Shown piece by piece: positions 50,200-63,006 of a DNA stretch of 63,006 nucleotides (the first letter of the stretch is position 1; each line of letters begins with the position of its first letter). The position numbers and the translations under genes were made by a program. The notes beneath the pieces are model-generated. The model saw only the letters and a program-made list of their open reading frames with translations, was not told the origin of the DNA and ran no database searches. The stretch is from contig JAMDHS010000111.1 in NCBI GenBank assembly GCA_029717555.1, forward strand, positions 1 to 63,006. The letters run 5' to 3'. The DNA comes from Peribolospora baueri (taxonomy: Eukaryota).

Positions 50200-53100
50200 T
50201 CAAAGGATGCCTTGGGAATAGCTGTGTCATGCCAAGACGAGCAGGGCCTGTCAGGTACGCTTCCTCCCACATCCTAGCCCGGACCGGACCGAGACACTCA
50301 CTACTGGTAAGAGTCATACAGCCTCGTGAATGCCGAACCCGCTGCGCTGACGATCAGTCTCTCCATGAAGTCGTCCGCTTGCGCCGCGCTCAGCGACAGC
50401 TGGAACCGGTCGCGCAGCGCTTGTGAGGTCAGATCGCCCAGGGCGAAGCACGGTAGTTTCGAATCTAGAGTTGCGGAGGGACGAGACGAAGGGCACCGAT
50501 GGCACGACGACGACGTTAGCTCGCTCCGCGTCTCCCCAAGGTCATGGTCACTCCCAACCGCCCGCTCACCCTTCTGCATGAGCTCGACGAGCATTATGAT
50601 TCTCTCTGCGTTCTTTCTCACGTCTCTGAACCCTGACTTTACGAGCTCCTTGAACTGCCTGTACTTAACGCTCTCGAAGCCGCCGAGGATGTCGATGTAC
50701 TCCGACGACAACTTGAACGGCGCCATCTCGAAGCCCACCCCGCCCGGTGAGAGGCCGAGCATGAAGCCAAAGTCGATATCTGCGCCACGTCGGTGGCAAT
50801 CCGATTCGTTTCGCATAGCGGAGGCGGATGAGCGCGCCGCTACGTTCCCCAACGAGATACCACGTCCAACCGTACTCACGAATCAGATGGCCCTCGTTGT
50901 CCACGAGGATGTTCCCATTATGCCGATCCTTGATTTGCAAGAGGTAGCACACGATCGAGTACCCGGCCAAGGACCGGATAAGGTTGTTCCGAGCTCGGTT
51001 GAACTTGGCCGAAGACGGATCGCCGAACGTCTGGACGTGGGTTAGGGGAGTACGATGTCGTCAGAGATGGCCTGCTGTTAAGATAGGAGCCGTTCCTCGT
51101 CCTGCAGCATTCGCTCACATTGACGAAGTGATCGTACAGGCTGTACGTGTAAAAGTTACGATCGTCCACGTGTCTTGCGTAGCCTTCCTTCTTGATCGAG
51201 TGGATGGACACAGCGTCGGTGATGGTCTCCATCAGACCAGAGCTCTCCGACGTGACGAGGATTCGAAAGCTGGGCATCCACGCATGACGACCGAGGTCTT
51301 TCAGCATCGAAAAAGCAACGTCCTCGCCAAAAAAAAACGAGGAAATCAAAGTCCGACACGGCACTCACTATCGCACCCAGCACTGAGTTCCCGTCTCCTT
51401 CCATATCTTGGCAAACTCGTTGATCAGCTGCACGGCCAGCTGCTCCTGCCGCAAATCCGCACCCGTCTTGACGATCACCGAGATCACGTCCCAACTCGCC
51501 AGGTGACCAAATGGTGAGGCGGTCCGGATGCGCTCCCTTTTCGCCGCCCATGATTCTCGGAATACGGCCGCTTTGAGAGCGGAAGAATGCGGATCAAAGG
51601 GAAAGTATGAGCTTTTCGGCCGCCGGACTGCAGCACGGAATCGAGTCACAAAACTCACCGCTTGGATCGTCCTTCAAAACGGTCTCGTCTTCGAGACCCT
51701 GCTGGCCAGGGCGGGACTGAGTCACTCCGTTCGCCCGCATCTGGTGGCCGAGCGCGGAAGAAGCCAAATTGGACCGGCTCGGCGTGGGGTCGCGGATGTC
51801 TCCGACGGGGACGAAGAGCTCGGATGACGCGCTGGCTTGAGGGCCCACATTCACGATGTCCTCCTCCTCCAAACCCTCTGGCGTTTCCATCAAACCCGGC
51901 TCGGAAGAGAGACTGTCCTCGCCGCGCTGCAGCACCTCCTCAGTCGCCTTACTGGACTGCGTTCGCTCAGAAGCGCTCGCTTCAGCGGCCGCCTTCCTTC
52001 GCTGTTTCTCCGCCGGCACTTGCTTTCCAGACCGAGTCCCAGATCCGGAAATCGGCACAGAAAACCCGGCGGCCCTCCGCCTCCGCGCCTCTTCCTTCAC
52101 CACGAGCGTCTTCAAGATCTCCATGTTCTCCCTCCGCTCCGGATCGAAATCGAGCTCGTCCGTGAGCACCTCCACATGCATCAGGTACGGCGCCCGGTCA
52201 GCCGAGTTGAGGACGACAGCGTCCGCCGGGTTGATGCGCACCACCCGATGGTGTCGGAGCCGCGCGCCCGGTCGTCGTTGTTTTCGGAAGGGAAGCGCGC
52301 TGGAATCGGTATCTCGCGGGTCATCGGAGACGGTGTCGATGGGGGTATCGGCGGTGCACCAGAGAGGCACGCAGACCTCTGCGGGCAGCTTGTTGTTCAG
52401 CAGTGTCAGCTCCGCCCTCAGCGCGCTCAGTCTGGCCGGTTTGGGAAGCGCGATGAGGCGGGTGGAGATGTCTTGGAGGTCGAGCAGGAACTGCGTCTGC
52501 TGCTTGCAGTAGTTAGTTCGGAGCAGCCGAGTCCGCCCTTCGACGTCGTAGCGGGAGAGGAGGACGTCGGGTGGCAGCATAGCTCGACTTGGTAAAGCGT
52601 GGGATGAGGCGAAGGGAGAAGGAAAGGAAGTGCTGGAGCGGGAGACGACGAGGTTGGGGACGCTGCGCGATTGAGCGGCGGTAGTCGGTGTCGACACGTT
52701 TCGAGCGCGCGTTCGAACGACGTGCGAATTGGTCTTGGACATGCTTCGAGGCCGCGTCGTCCGTGCCGTCCGCGTCGTCGGGATGGTGGGAGAGTTCTGC
52801 TTGGACGCCCTTCGGGACCACCCCGCGTCGCCTTCCTCCTCGCTCTCATACGCGTCCCCTTCACTAGAGCTCGCCTCCGCTGCGCGATCGTCTAAGCTCT
52901 CCGTTCGACTATGGTACTGGCGCCTTTGCATGGCGGCCAAATTCCCACCCCTTTCCACTTCACCAGCACCCCGTTCAACTCCGTCACTCACTGCTCCCTT
53001 CGCTACCGCATCTCGATCTACGATGCTGCCGAGTGGCTTCCTTTTGCCTTGCGCAACCGCCACTCCTCCCGCCTCGTTGCCAAGACAAGGCATGGCGGGA

Positions 53101-53896
53101 GTAGCGGCAAGCATGGTGCCCAGACCGACAAACAGAGAGCTGACATTGGCAGGGTTGATCTTACCGGTAGGGAGGCGAGGCACAAGCTCGGGGGACTGTT
53201 GAGAGCCCGTAGCGGAAATGGACGGACGCAAGGCGATGGTGTCATCGAAGAGGATGGTTTGGACTTTGTTGAAGACTCGTGAGCAAACCAAGAAAGACGC
53301 CGTGTGCGGGTTGATGGACAGGTCTGATAGGGTAGCTTGAAGGTACCAAAGTGTCTGCCCCGGACAACGTCGTCGAGCGATGAGCGCCGTTTCGTGAAAG
53401 CGTGAAAGGTATGCGAGCCAAAAAGAGCCGAATCGAGGTTTCGCTCACCAGAAGGGCCACATGTACACTCTCTTCACATCGCTCCAGAATAAAATTCTCC
53501 AACGCCTTCGATTCCGACGGTTGAGCGACGAGAAGGTGACTGTTCAAGGCGAGAGATATAGGTCAGCGCTCCGATGCTCTTGCCAATCCCGGGGGGGGGG
53601 GGGGGGGAAATCCGAGCCGTACCATAACTGAGGCCAGTAGAATTCCACTTCTTCTCGCGGGAACGCCGTGCGAAGCTGCTGTGTGAGGTAGTGAGTGATG
53701 CCGATGCTGTCCGAGTGTCTCTTGAGGCTGAACAAAGGCGACGGAGGAGGCAAAGAGCGCACAAATGTTGGCCTCTCCCTCTCCCTTCCGAGTCGCCCGA
53801 GTCGCAGCTCGAAGCGCAGCGAAAGACTCACTAGGTCAGGGCCAGCTCGGGCGAGAAGAACTCGCTCTTGAAAAGCCGAAGGAGAAGGCTAGCCAT
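50200..53896 (-). CDS. PIK1: Phosphatidylinositol 4-kinase III-beta (multi-exon)
   Basis: [73 protein letters not shown]...[24 protein letters not shown]. Confidence 0.96.
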
Positions 53897-54519
53897 GGCA
53901 GAGGTGAGGACAAGAGAGTCACATTCATCCGCAGACTCAATTCCGTCCTCCCAAGCCTCTTTTCCACTTGAACGTCGTCGATGGGTCGAAGAGAAAGAAG
54001 GGCGGAGCGGCGTGCCTCCTCTTCGAACGTGCAAGGTGCGCTAGGGAGTGTGAAGGAAGGTGGGTCCCTCTGCGGCGACACGAGGGGCGTGCGCGTTCCG
54101 AGACAGTTACTATCGGAGGCGGAGCGAGGAAGCGGCGAGACAAGCGGGAGGATATGAGAAGACGAAAGCGAGAGCGACCAAGGAAAGAAACAGGACCAGT
54201 AGCTTGCATCGCTCTCGGATCTTCGAACCGTTTTGGCGTTGGCCGTGACATAGGCGGGTGTGCGCACGTGATCCCACGTCGACTGGCGACCAACTGGCTC
54301 GATTCGATCAGGACGACGTTCATGTATCCGACGAAGGTATAGAAGAAGAGACTAGGGACAAGGGAAATCTAGAAAGTGTCCAGGCACGTCGATGACGGGA
54401 TGCTCATTGATAGGCAGAATATATGTAGAAAGGTTGGGAATGCGTTCGCTCCAATGCCAGTCGAGAGGGGCATCTAGCTGCCGCCGTCGGTTCAAGCCGG
54501 TCGAAGGCCGCACGCCGGC

Positions 54520-57500
54520 TCAATTCACCTTCTCACAGTAATTGCTGGGGAAGATACCTCGCCTGCCGGCCTTGGTGCCCTCGTACCATCCTTCGCCGTA
54601 CGTCTCTCCTCCGACGGTGAGTTCGATCAGCTCCCCTTCCACGAGGCTCAGCTCGTCCTCAGGGTCCTGCGCCTGATAATCGTACAGCGCCCTTACGAAC
54701 ACACCCGAACCTGTGCTTTGGTCCTCTGCTGCGGCCGTGGGCGCTGGTTCGGGGGCGCCGTCGATGGCAACATACGTCGCCGGGACGAGCCCGGTCGAGC
54801 GGCGCAGCTTCACCTTCACCCAGCCTGAACCGTCATCGGCTTCGATGAGCGTCACGACATCCCCCTCTATTTCAAACGACGGTCGAGTTCAGTTCAGAAT
54901 GTGTCAACGCTGGCATCTCACCACCGCATCGGACCGCAAGGGAGCGGGCGTCCATTTCTGATCACTCACCGGAAATGCTGAGCTCGAAGGGGCTGGTAGC
55001 GTCGTAAGAGTAGAGGACCCTCCCTTTGACGACCTCCTCCTCCACCTTCGCCGACCGCGGACTGCTATAGCTCGTCCTGCCGGTCGTGGTGCTGGTGTAG
55101 CTAGGTGTGGAGGGCATTGAAGACGCCGACGGATCGCTCGACGCATTCGATGACGACGGCGAGGGCGGGCTTCGTAAAGACCCTGAAGGCGCGAGGCGCT
55201 TGGATCCGTGGCGGGAATGGCCACGCTTGACAGGCGTGCCTGGACAATCCGCAGGAACCTTACGAGTGGCACATCAACAAGATTCGATCAACGGCCTTTA
55301 CTCGCTTTTGGAGAGAGGAAACAAAAAGGTCACCTTCATCTCGCACTTGGCGTGACAAGTGTACCCGCAAGGTTTGCAAGTGAGGCCTTGCTTGGCGATG
55401 CCCCAGATGGAAGCGCCACAGTAGTTGCAGCTGGTTGGAATCGTGAAAGAGGCGGGCTTGAAGCGGTGCGGGCGGGCGTCGCCTTCGTCGTCTACGATTC
55501 GAGGGGAGCACGGGTCAAATGGCCCGCCCAAGCTCAAGACCAAGACCCGGCAATCAGGGGATCGCGCCAAGCTTACCTCCAACGGCCTTCTTCACCGCCT
55601 CCAGTTCGGTCTCCAACGAAGCCTTGACAGACTCGAGTAAGATCGTCTGCCTCAGGCTCTCCAATAAGTTATCCACCACCTCGTCCGCGTCTCCCAGGCT
55701 TACGTCCTGCGAGTAGGCATCTCTGAGGTTTTCGAGACCCGCAATCTCCCTGCGCTTCGATTCGATCACCGGTCGCACTTCCACGATACGCTTGCGGGAG
55801 CCTGAGGAGGAAATGCACAACGTGTCAGCGCCCCCATCGCACGCTGGTCCAATGCACAGAGATACGCACGAAGAGCGATATTTTGGAGGTAGGTCCGGGA
55901 GGCTTCCGTAGTGGACCACTCGGCCTGGAAAGGGAGTTGAGACGAAGAGGCGATGCCCATCGGATGGATGAGCCCACATCGACGACGGCAAAACAGAGAG
56001 CTAAAAAACAAATTCCATCAAACGCCCCGACTTGGTGCGTACGTCTCCATCGCCTCGAGGAAGACTCACCGTGTCAAAGAACCCGCTGCAGGGTTCGAAT
56101 TCGAACGCGGCCGGCTCGCTCCAAGGCCTCTTGTTCCACTCTACGTACAGCTGCTGATCCTTCTCCGGGTCGACCGCTTGGACGACCGTCTCGGCGCGGG
56201 AGACCTGCGCTTTAAGAGTGTCGAGATGCGCGGTGAGGATGAGGTTGGAGCGCGACAGAAGGGCGGCAAAGCGAGACGTTGTGAGCGTCCAAAGCGATTG
56301 GAGGTTCTGCGGTCGAGTTGGGGAGAAGATATGTAGTGTCAGAGGGCAACCTGTCTCTGTTGGTTTGAAGAAAAGAAAACGATCGGACTCACATCATGGA
56401 GGGTGGGTAGGTCTTCCCGGTAGAACTTCTCCTTTGCACGGTTGGCGACGGCGACGGATATCAAGTACGAGTTCTTGGGAAGCGCATGAACGGCAAGGGA
56501 TGATGAGGAGACGGTGCGACCGACGTGATGTGTTCGATGGAGAGACTCACCTTGCTGTTCAGCATGTCCACTTGCGCCTGCTCGTACTGCCTCGCAGCAC
56601 GTTCCGCATGCTTGTCGGAAGCGCCAGCTTTGTCTTGCTTCTGGCGGTGTGAGTCGACCTCTCCGCAATCGTCGTCGTACTTCTGCTTGGCCTGTCACAT
56701 TCATACGGTGGTTCAGATGAGCGAGACACACTAGATATGGGACATGCGCTTTAGAACGAGAGAGGTTTGAACAACGCACCTTGGCTCGGTCAGCGTAAAC
56801 TTTGTCGCGTTCTGACAGAAGGCGGACAGCGAACGCCGTGTGCTGCGCGCCAGCGCGGAAAGGACCACCGTACGTGAGCTTGCAATAGGCACCCACCAGA
56901 GCGTTCCCCGACCGAAGGTGCTCACCTTCTTCCGGATCTCTTCCTTCTTTCTGACCGCCGTATTGATCTCTTCTGCGACTTCGACGTTGAGCCGCTCGCC
57001 AAGGTTGTAATGCGCCTGCGCGGCCTCATCGGTGGCGGACAGGATCGTGGCAAAGGCAGCGTCGAGGGTACTGGCCGATGGACACGGAAGGATGCAGGGG
57101 CGTCCAATCAGTACAGCTGGCGGCGAGGCGGCGCCCCGGGGGGGGGGGGGGGGGGGCTTTTTTTTTTTTCGACTGCTCACTTTTCAGCGGCCGCCGCTTC
57201 GGTCCATGTCTTCGTCGGTTCGTCGCCCACACATAGTCCCTGCAACCGCTTGGAGCGCTTCTCAGTCGCTCTGCGCACCAGCGCCTGGAGCTTTCCGGAA
57301 AACTCCTTCTCGAGGGCGGATCGCGCGGCGAAGAAGTCGCGAGCATCGGAAAGGTAGGAGAGCTGAGTCGAGACGGCGGCGGTGAGGCTCGCGAACCGGT
57401 CCTGCGCGGCGGGAGGGACGAGGGGAACGGGAACGAAGACCCGGGTCAGTGTCCATGTTTGTGATGCTCGCGAAACCGCCAAGGCGTGCTGTGCCTGTGC

Positions 57501-57620
57501 TCTCTCCCCTGTCTGCTTGCTGAGCTGCCAAGCTAGCTGACCTTGGCCCACCGATCACAGCCTCCAAGTTGACCGGCGCGGACTCACCGGGAGCTCAGCG
57601 CCGAACGAGACGCCAGGCAT
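54520..57620 (-). CDS. BZZ1: F-BAR + C1 + dual SH3 endocytic adaptor (multi-exon)
   Basis: SFGAELP, RSALEKEFSGKL (F-BAR), HRFKPASFTIPTSCNYCG..IWG...GLTCKPCGYTCHAKC (C1), two SH3 domains ending GIFPSNYC. Confidence 0.9.
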
Positions 57621-58173
57621 TTCACTTTGCGCTGTCTGGGGTGGCCGGGGCGGTCGATGGATGGGAGGAGGATGAAGGAGAGAGGGCGGAGGGGTTGTAC
57701 GACACTGATGGGCTATCGGTCCTGGCACGGCGTGTCACACATACACACACACGGCAGTGGCTCGCACCGAGTATTGAAGACATGAGTGTCGCCCACGTGA
57801 GGAGCCGAGTGGATCCGCGTTTGCCGTGCCGTATGTGCTGTAGCCAGCGACTAACACTTCACGAAAGCATTCGTACGTACGTCCGTACGGACATGACGCG
57901 GCTTCCAAGTCTTATCTACTCCAGCGACCTGATGCCAGCCCAAAGAGCCAGAACCGCCAGTTCGCACCGTCCGTGTCTCTGTGACTTTGTCATTATGATC
58001 ACCGAATCATACTGTTGAGGACCTCGACCTACTCTTTCTCGCTTCTACAGAGCGATGTGACCACGTCCCTTCCCCTTTGAGCAATGACAATGAACTGTTC
58101 GCCGGTTCTCATGCTCAGTAAATCGTGCGATCCCATCGGATCATTCGCTAAAAAAACGTACAGTCCCCGCCCT

Positions 58174-61030
58174 TCAACTCGGCGGTATTGGAGGCCGTCG
58201 ATTCTGAGCGGTCATCGCAGCCCTCCTCGACGCCGCAGAATCTCTTGCCGACGGTCCCGCCTTGGCCGTCGACGCCGATGCCGCCGAGGTCGGAGAACCA
58301 GGCCCTGGCGGTGGTGCGCCGGAAGAAAGGGGACCGATTCCCAGGCCGGGCAGGCTGGCCACGAGCTGCTCGGCGAGCGCCGCGTCGAGCGGGACGCCTG
58401 CTGCGCTGAGAAGCCTGGCCAGGGAGCTGATGTCTGGCACGGCGGGCAAATTCGCAAGGGAATGCGGCGCCGGAGGAGGCGCCGCTGTGGAGCTTGGAAC
58501 CCTGGGCGCCGGAGCGGCCGTAGCGGCTCGAGCTGAAGCAACTGAGGAGGGAACAGAGGCCGGAGGACGAGGCGGTGGAACGACCGCCAATGGCGGAGCT
58601 TTAGTGGCCGGAGCGGCTCGAGCTGGCCCTGGCGAAGGTGGGGAGGTAGAAGATGGAGGCCGGGCGGCTTGGGCAGGAGCTAAAGAGGGAGCAGAGATCG
58701 AAGGTCGAGGCGGTGGAGGCGGTGCACTCGGAGCTGCAGTGGTGGTCGGAGCGACTTGGCCTGATGGACCTGATGCTGGGGTAGACGGGGCGGACGGAGG
58801 CTGAGGCGGCGGTGGAGCTTGTGCTGTGGGAGCTGGCGTGGTCAAAGCGGGCCGAGAGGGCGATGGAGAGGAAGAGGAGGAAGGATGCGGAGGCGGTGGT
58901 CGACTTGTATGCGGTTTGAGAGAACGGTTGGAGGTGAGATCGGCCAGGCTCTGGTGGTACGCTCTTGCGCCCTCGTATTCCGCCTTGGTCTTGTATGGGC
59001 TGGCGGCCATGAGAGCGACGCCGAGATTTCCTCCCACAATCATTGGGTGGTCCCGACCAACCTGCGGTCTCCTCGTCGGTTTTCGGCTCGCAGAACCTCC
59101 TGCCCAGTCCGGGTTGATCTTGTACAGCGCCCCGTTCTTGAGCAGCCGACCACGCTTGTACGCTTTTTGCAGAGCTTGGCTGGCAGACGGTCGAAAGTTC
59201 TTCATGAGCGGGTAGGTGTCGTGCATCCACTCGAACAGAATCCTCGGCGGCGTTCCGTTGGGGTCGTTGATGCGCATGAGACCTTCGATGATCATGTCCT
59301 CATAAGACGGCAGCGTGCTCTCGTCGTCGTGGCGCCCGCCGGGCGGAGTGGTGCGTGTAGGCGCGTTGTGAGGCAAATTGGGCAAGCCAAAGGCGCCGCC
59401 GGGGATCGCGGACAGAAGACTGGCGAAGGGGTTGGTTGTGGCAGGACTGCCGGAAAGCGTGGAAAAGTCCATAGAGGCGAGGGCAGCGAGCGCTTCGGTG
59501 AGTGCTGAGGACGGGTTGCTTCCGCGTGACAGAGTTGAAAGGCTCGGCGCGGCGTTTGACAGGGAAGACGGGAAAGGCGCCGTAGGGGGAGGAGCGGAGA
59601 CGGTCGAAGAAAAGGAAGGGGTTGCGGCGGACAGCGGGGCTGGGCGCGGAATGGCGCTTGGGTTGGACGCGCCGACTGACGGCTTGCCAGCAGCGAGAGG
59701 AGATCGCGAGTCGGCAGCGGCGTTCGGTACGGCACCCATGCTCTTGGCCAGAGACGCAGCAACCTCTTTGGCGGCGTTCTGGATGATCGCAGACAAGTCC
59801 GGAAGGCTGGGCGTCGCGCCCCTGTGCGGCAACTGGGAATGCTGAGACGGAAAACCGGGTAAACGGGGCGACATAACCTGCTTTCCGGCAGCAGCCTTGG
59901 CCGCCACTTCGTCGGCTTGTCTGTTCGCTTCCTCCAACGCCTTCTTAGCCGCTTCCATCTTTCCCTCCGCGGGGTAGATCTCCAAACCCTTTTGGCCGTC
60001 GACAACCACCTTCTCGGTGTACTTCTCCTCCAGCATCTCCACAAGAGCAATGAGATGCTCTTTGCGCAGAGACTCGAGGTACGCGCGCCGAGCGCGGGCC
60101 TCCATCCCTATTCTCGAGCGGTGCGCCCAATTTGCAACGTCGAACACCTTGGGTTTTCTTGGTGGTTGCGGCAGTGGAGGCGGCGGTAGAGGAAAAGGAG
60201 GGTGAAGTCGTGCCACGGCCTGAGGCGGAGGAGTAGAAGCGATAGGGGCGACGAGCTTTACGCTGGACGCGTTCGTCGTACTCGACCGTCGTCCATCCTC
60301 GTGCAGATCAATCAGGGCCGCACCTGGAACGGGAACAGATGGCTGGGACAACAGGTGCCCTCCCGCTCCCTCGCCCTCATCCTCAGCTTCTTCGTACGGC
60401 TCCTCACATCCAGTGCAGAACCACACAAAGCCAGCGTCGCCCTCGGGCTCGATGGCCTCGTCCGAAATGGGTCGGGTGTGACATTTCTGATGATAGACAG
60501 TGTCACAGCCGTCGCACTGGACCAAGCGATTGCCGGGCTCGGAAGTGTGGGACGAGCAAACGGAGCAGGGCGAGGTCGGCGTAGGATACGAATCGGCGGG
60601 CGTCGGTGGGGGCGGAGGGAAGGAGGCCGACTCGTCGTCGTCGTCCAACTTTGTCTTCTTGCGCGGTGCTTCCTCGCCCTCGCCCTCCTCGTCGGCCCCT
60701 CGTCGCTTCTCGCCAGCCGAAGGCGCGGCGCGATCATCAAGCGGCGGCGGGGTCACGCTGGGGGAGAACAGGAGGCCTTGTGCGTCGGACGCGGCCTGGA
60801 GGGCGGACACGGCATTGGCGAGAGCGACGGCGTCGGCGTCAGCTTGGCCGTCTCCATCGCGAGGGTCGAGTGAAAGGGGATCGCCTGGGGGGGGAGAGAT
60901 GCCGAGGTGGAAGTCGAGGAGCTGGGCGGCATCCGGCTGCGGACGCGGAGGCGTGGAGTGCGAAGAGGGGCCCGAGTCGCTAGGCGGGGGAGCTTGACCG
61001 TCCGGGGTAGCGCGATCGTCAGCGGCCATT
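58174..61030 (-). CDS. PHD-finger protein with linker-histone H15-like winged helix (intronless; start approximate)
   Basis: CSVC...LVQCDGCDTVYHQKCH...WFCTGC; LPSYEDMIIEGL..INDPNGTPPRILFEWM..TYPL..NFRPSASQALQKAYKRGRL. Confidence 0.8.
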
Positions 61031-61362
61031 TCATCCATCCACCCAAAGGTACGCCGGTGTAGTGGTTTGGTGCAACTGTACAGATGGGGGCGAACTGTAC
61101 AGGTCGCGACGGATTGGCGGCGCACGAGCGAAAACGGGCCCGGAGAACGGAGGATAACCCTACTATGGAGGGGACGCGGGAAGGGACGCGCTGCGGCCGA
61201 CGATAGAGGCTGGCTGACTAAGAAGCTATCATTATCAGATCGATCGATGAGCGACTATGAATGAAGTCACCGATCGCCTATGAACGAATCAAAAGCGAGT
61301 TACCGCCCGGCAAGGGGACGAGCGAGGGCCCTACTCGGCCATCCTTCGTCGTTCGGATTGCC

Positions 61363-62693
61363 ATGCCCTCGTCGGTAGCATTTGATGACCGTAAACCGTT
61401 TTTGGCCACCTCGTCTTTTCACGTATGGGACAAAGATGGTGGAGGCGCCAGACACGGGTTGGGAGGGACGGGTGCCGAGCAAAGAGGGCGGGGAAGGGTG
61501 AGTGGTTGGGAAAGGAACGGGGTTGGTTGGTTGGTTGGCGAAAGGAGTCTCAGGCTTGGATATTCGCGTCTTTCGCGCCCGCAGGGAGGTGGACTATCTG
61601 CACAAGCCGCCGTATTACTGGAGGAGCGACCGGTTCAGAGCCAAGTACTCGCAGAGCTGCCATTGCAGGCAAGGTGAGCGTGGTCGTCGTCGTCGTCGTC
61701 GAGGACGGCCAGTTCTAGCGGAGGAAGGGCGACGAGTGATGGCTGTGCGTTCTTTATTATTCCCGTGTTTGCTCAGTGAGATTTGAATATCACGGTGATC
61801 CAGTCGACGCAAGTGAGCAGCCATGTGTCCATTACCGTTCTCTGAGCGCCGGCGTGCCATCTGCTTACACGTCGCCATTCTCTCCCCACTCCATAGAGTA
61901 CTGCCACTGCAAGACGTGCCAAAAAGTTCACGGAGCGGTGAGTCTGTCTGCGCGCGGGGCCGTCGGTCGGTGCGAAAAGCAGCTGACCTGACGTCGCGCA
62001 CGTTCGATGCGTTTGTCTGCCTATCCGTCGTCAAGCCGTTCCAATGGGCCGTTCTGTACCATAAGACGTCGGTCCGACTTGCTGACGAGTCCAAGCTCAA
62101 GCTCCTCGACTTTTTTTCGTGAGCCGAGTTGGTCCTTGCGTTGCCGACGGACGACGCTCCCTTCACCGGTTATCTCTGTTGGTCCGGTCCAGGACGACGA
62201 AGAACGAGTCGAGGCACAACGTGCCATGCAAAGTGGCGTGCAAAAAGTGCCGGTCGCTGTTGTTGGACGAGGGCAAGTCGATGGTCATGGCCTATCCTCC
62301 GAGCTTTGAGTGAGTCGACGCGAGACCGTCGTGACGACGCGGACGTGGCTGACCCTCTTTGGGCGCTCGCTGGGGCAAGCTTGGAGGACAAGCGGGTGCC
62401 GCGGTCGTTCAAGCCGACGGCGCATATCTTCTACGGGGAGCGCGTGATGGACGTGAGTCGCCCGTTCGTCCACTCGGTTGGCTGGCGCTGACAGGGTCGA
62501 TCGCGGTCGCCCGCGTTTGCCAACTTTTTCCCTTTTGCCGCTCCTCCCTCTCGCCAACAGGTGAGAGACGGCGTGCCCAAGTGGTCGGGACACAAGGGCG
62601 CGTCGGAGCTTTTGGCGGAGGAGTCGGAGGAGGGGGAGAGGGAGGATGAAGGAGGAGGCTGAAAGGCAACAGACAAAGGAGGCGAAGATGTAG
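61363..62693 (+). CDS. GFA/Mss4-like Zn-binding (CENP-V family) protein, multi-exon
   Basis: SCHCRQ|VRFE, YCHCKTCQKVHGA|PFQWA, VACKKCRS, FKPTAHIFYGERVMD, DGVPKWSGH. Confidence 0.85.
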
Positions 62694-62966
62694 ATGTGGT
62701 CTGAGCGGAGGCGGGGGCGGAATGGGGAGCGGTATGGGAACGGGAAAGGATAGAGGGGAGGATGTGGATGATATCGGCTGTCCATGCGTACGGGTCTTGT
62801 ATCTCGAATGGCTTCTACAGTACACATACACGGCGGTCGTCGAGCGATCGAAGCCGACGACTTGACTGAATCGGGATCCAGTCCCCGTTCTCGTCCAATT
62901 CGTTTGGTTTTTCTTTATTCGTACGGCGAGCGGTAATGAAGGAAAGAGGGAAGAGAATGAGGCGTC

Positions 62967-63006
<40 letters not shown>

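Noticed and set aside
62970..63002. Poly-T tract as a retroposon tail (also 29822-29850)
   Set aside because: No adjoining element or TSD visible; homopolymers are common in this window.

Overview
Intron-rich, GC-rich eukaryotic DNA, most likely a basidiomycete fungus (GT[G/A]AGT donors, CTAAC/CTGAC branch sites, fungal-type genes). It holds about 18 ordinary nuclear genes: arrestin-like fragment, TopBP1/Rad4-like BRCT protein, CFAP20-domain protein, VPS60, RNR2, PWI splicing factor, DAP1-like, RRG9, ERV25-like p24, COX10, U1-70K, RNase T2, a Ser/Pro-rich membrane protein, cyanase, SDH8, PIK1, BZZ1, a PHD+H15 protein and a GFA-domain protein. There are two decayed Ty3/Gypsy elements. The larger (36.2-44.7 kb) has about 3 kb of non-retroelement DNA between its left LTR and gag: a frameshifted APH-like kinase, a CHAT protease fragment and a nested foldback. 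The most striking locus is at 47.8-49.8 kb. It is a stand-alone single-domain RNase III gene with intact catalytic motifs, preceded by a 50-bp tandem array and followed by direct plus inverted repeats able to fold into a long hairpin. A decayed second copy of this gene-plus-repeat module lies at 2.4-3.4 kb. An ORF-free, hairpin-dense 600-bp segment at 13.8-14.3 kb looks like an unidentified ncRNA. All calls are by eye; exon boundaries are approximate and no database search was run.
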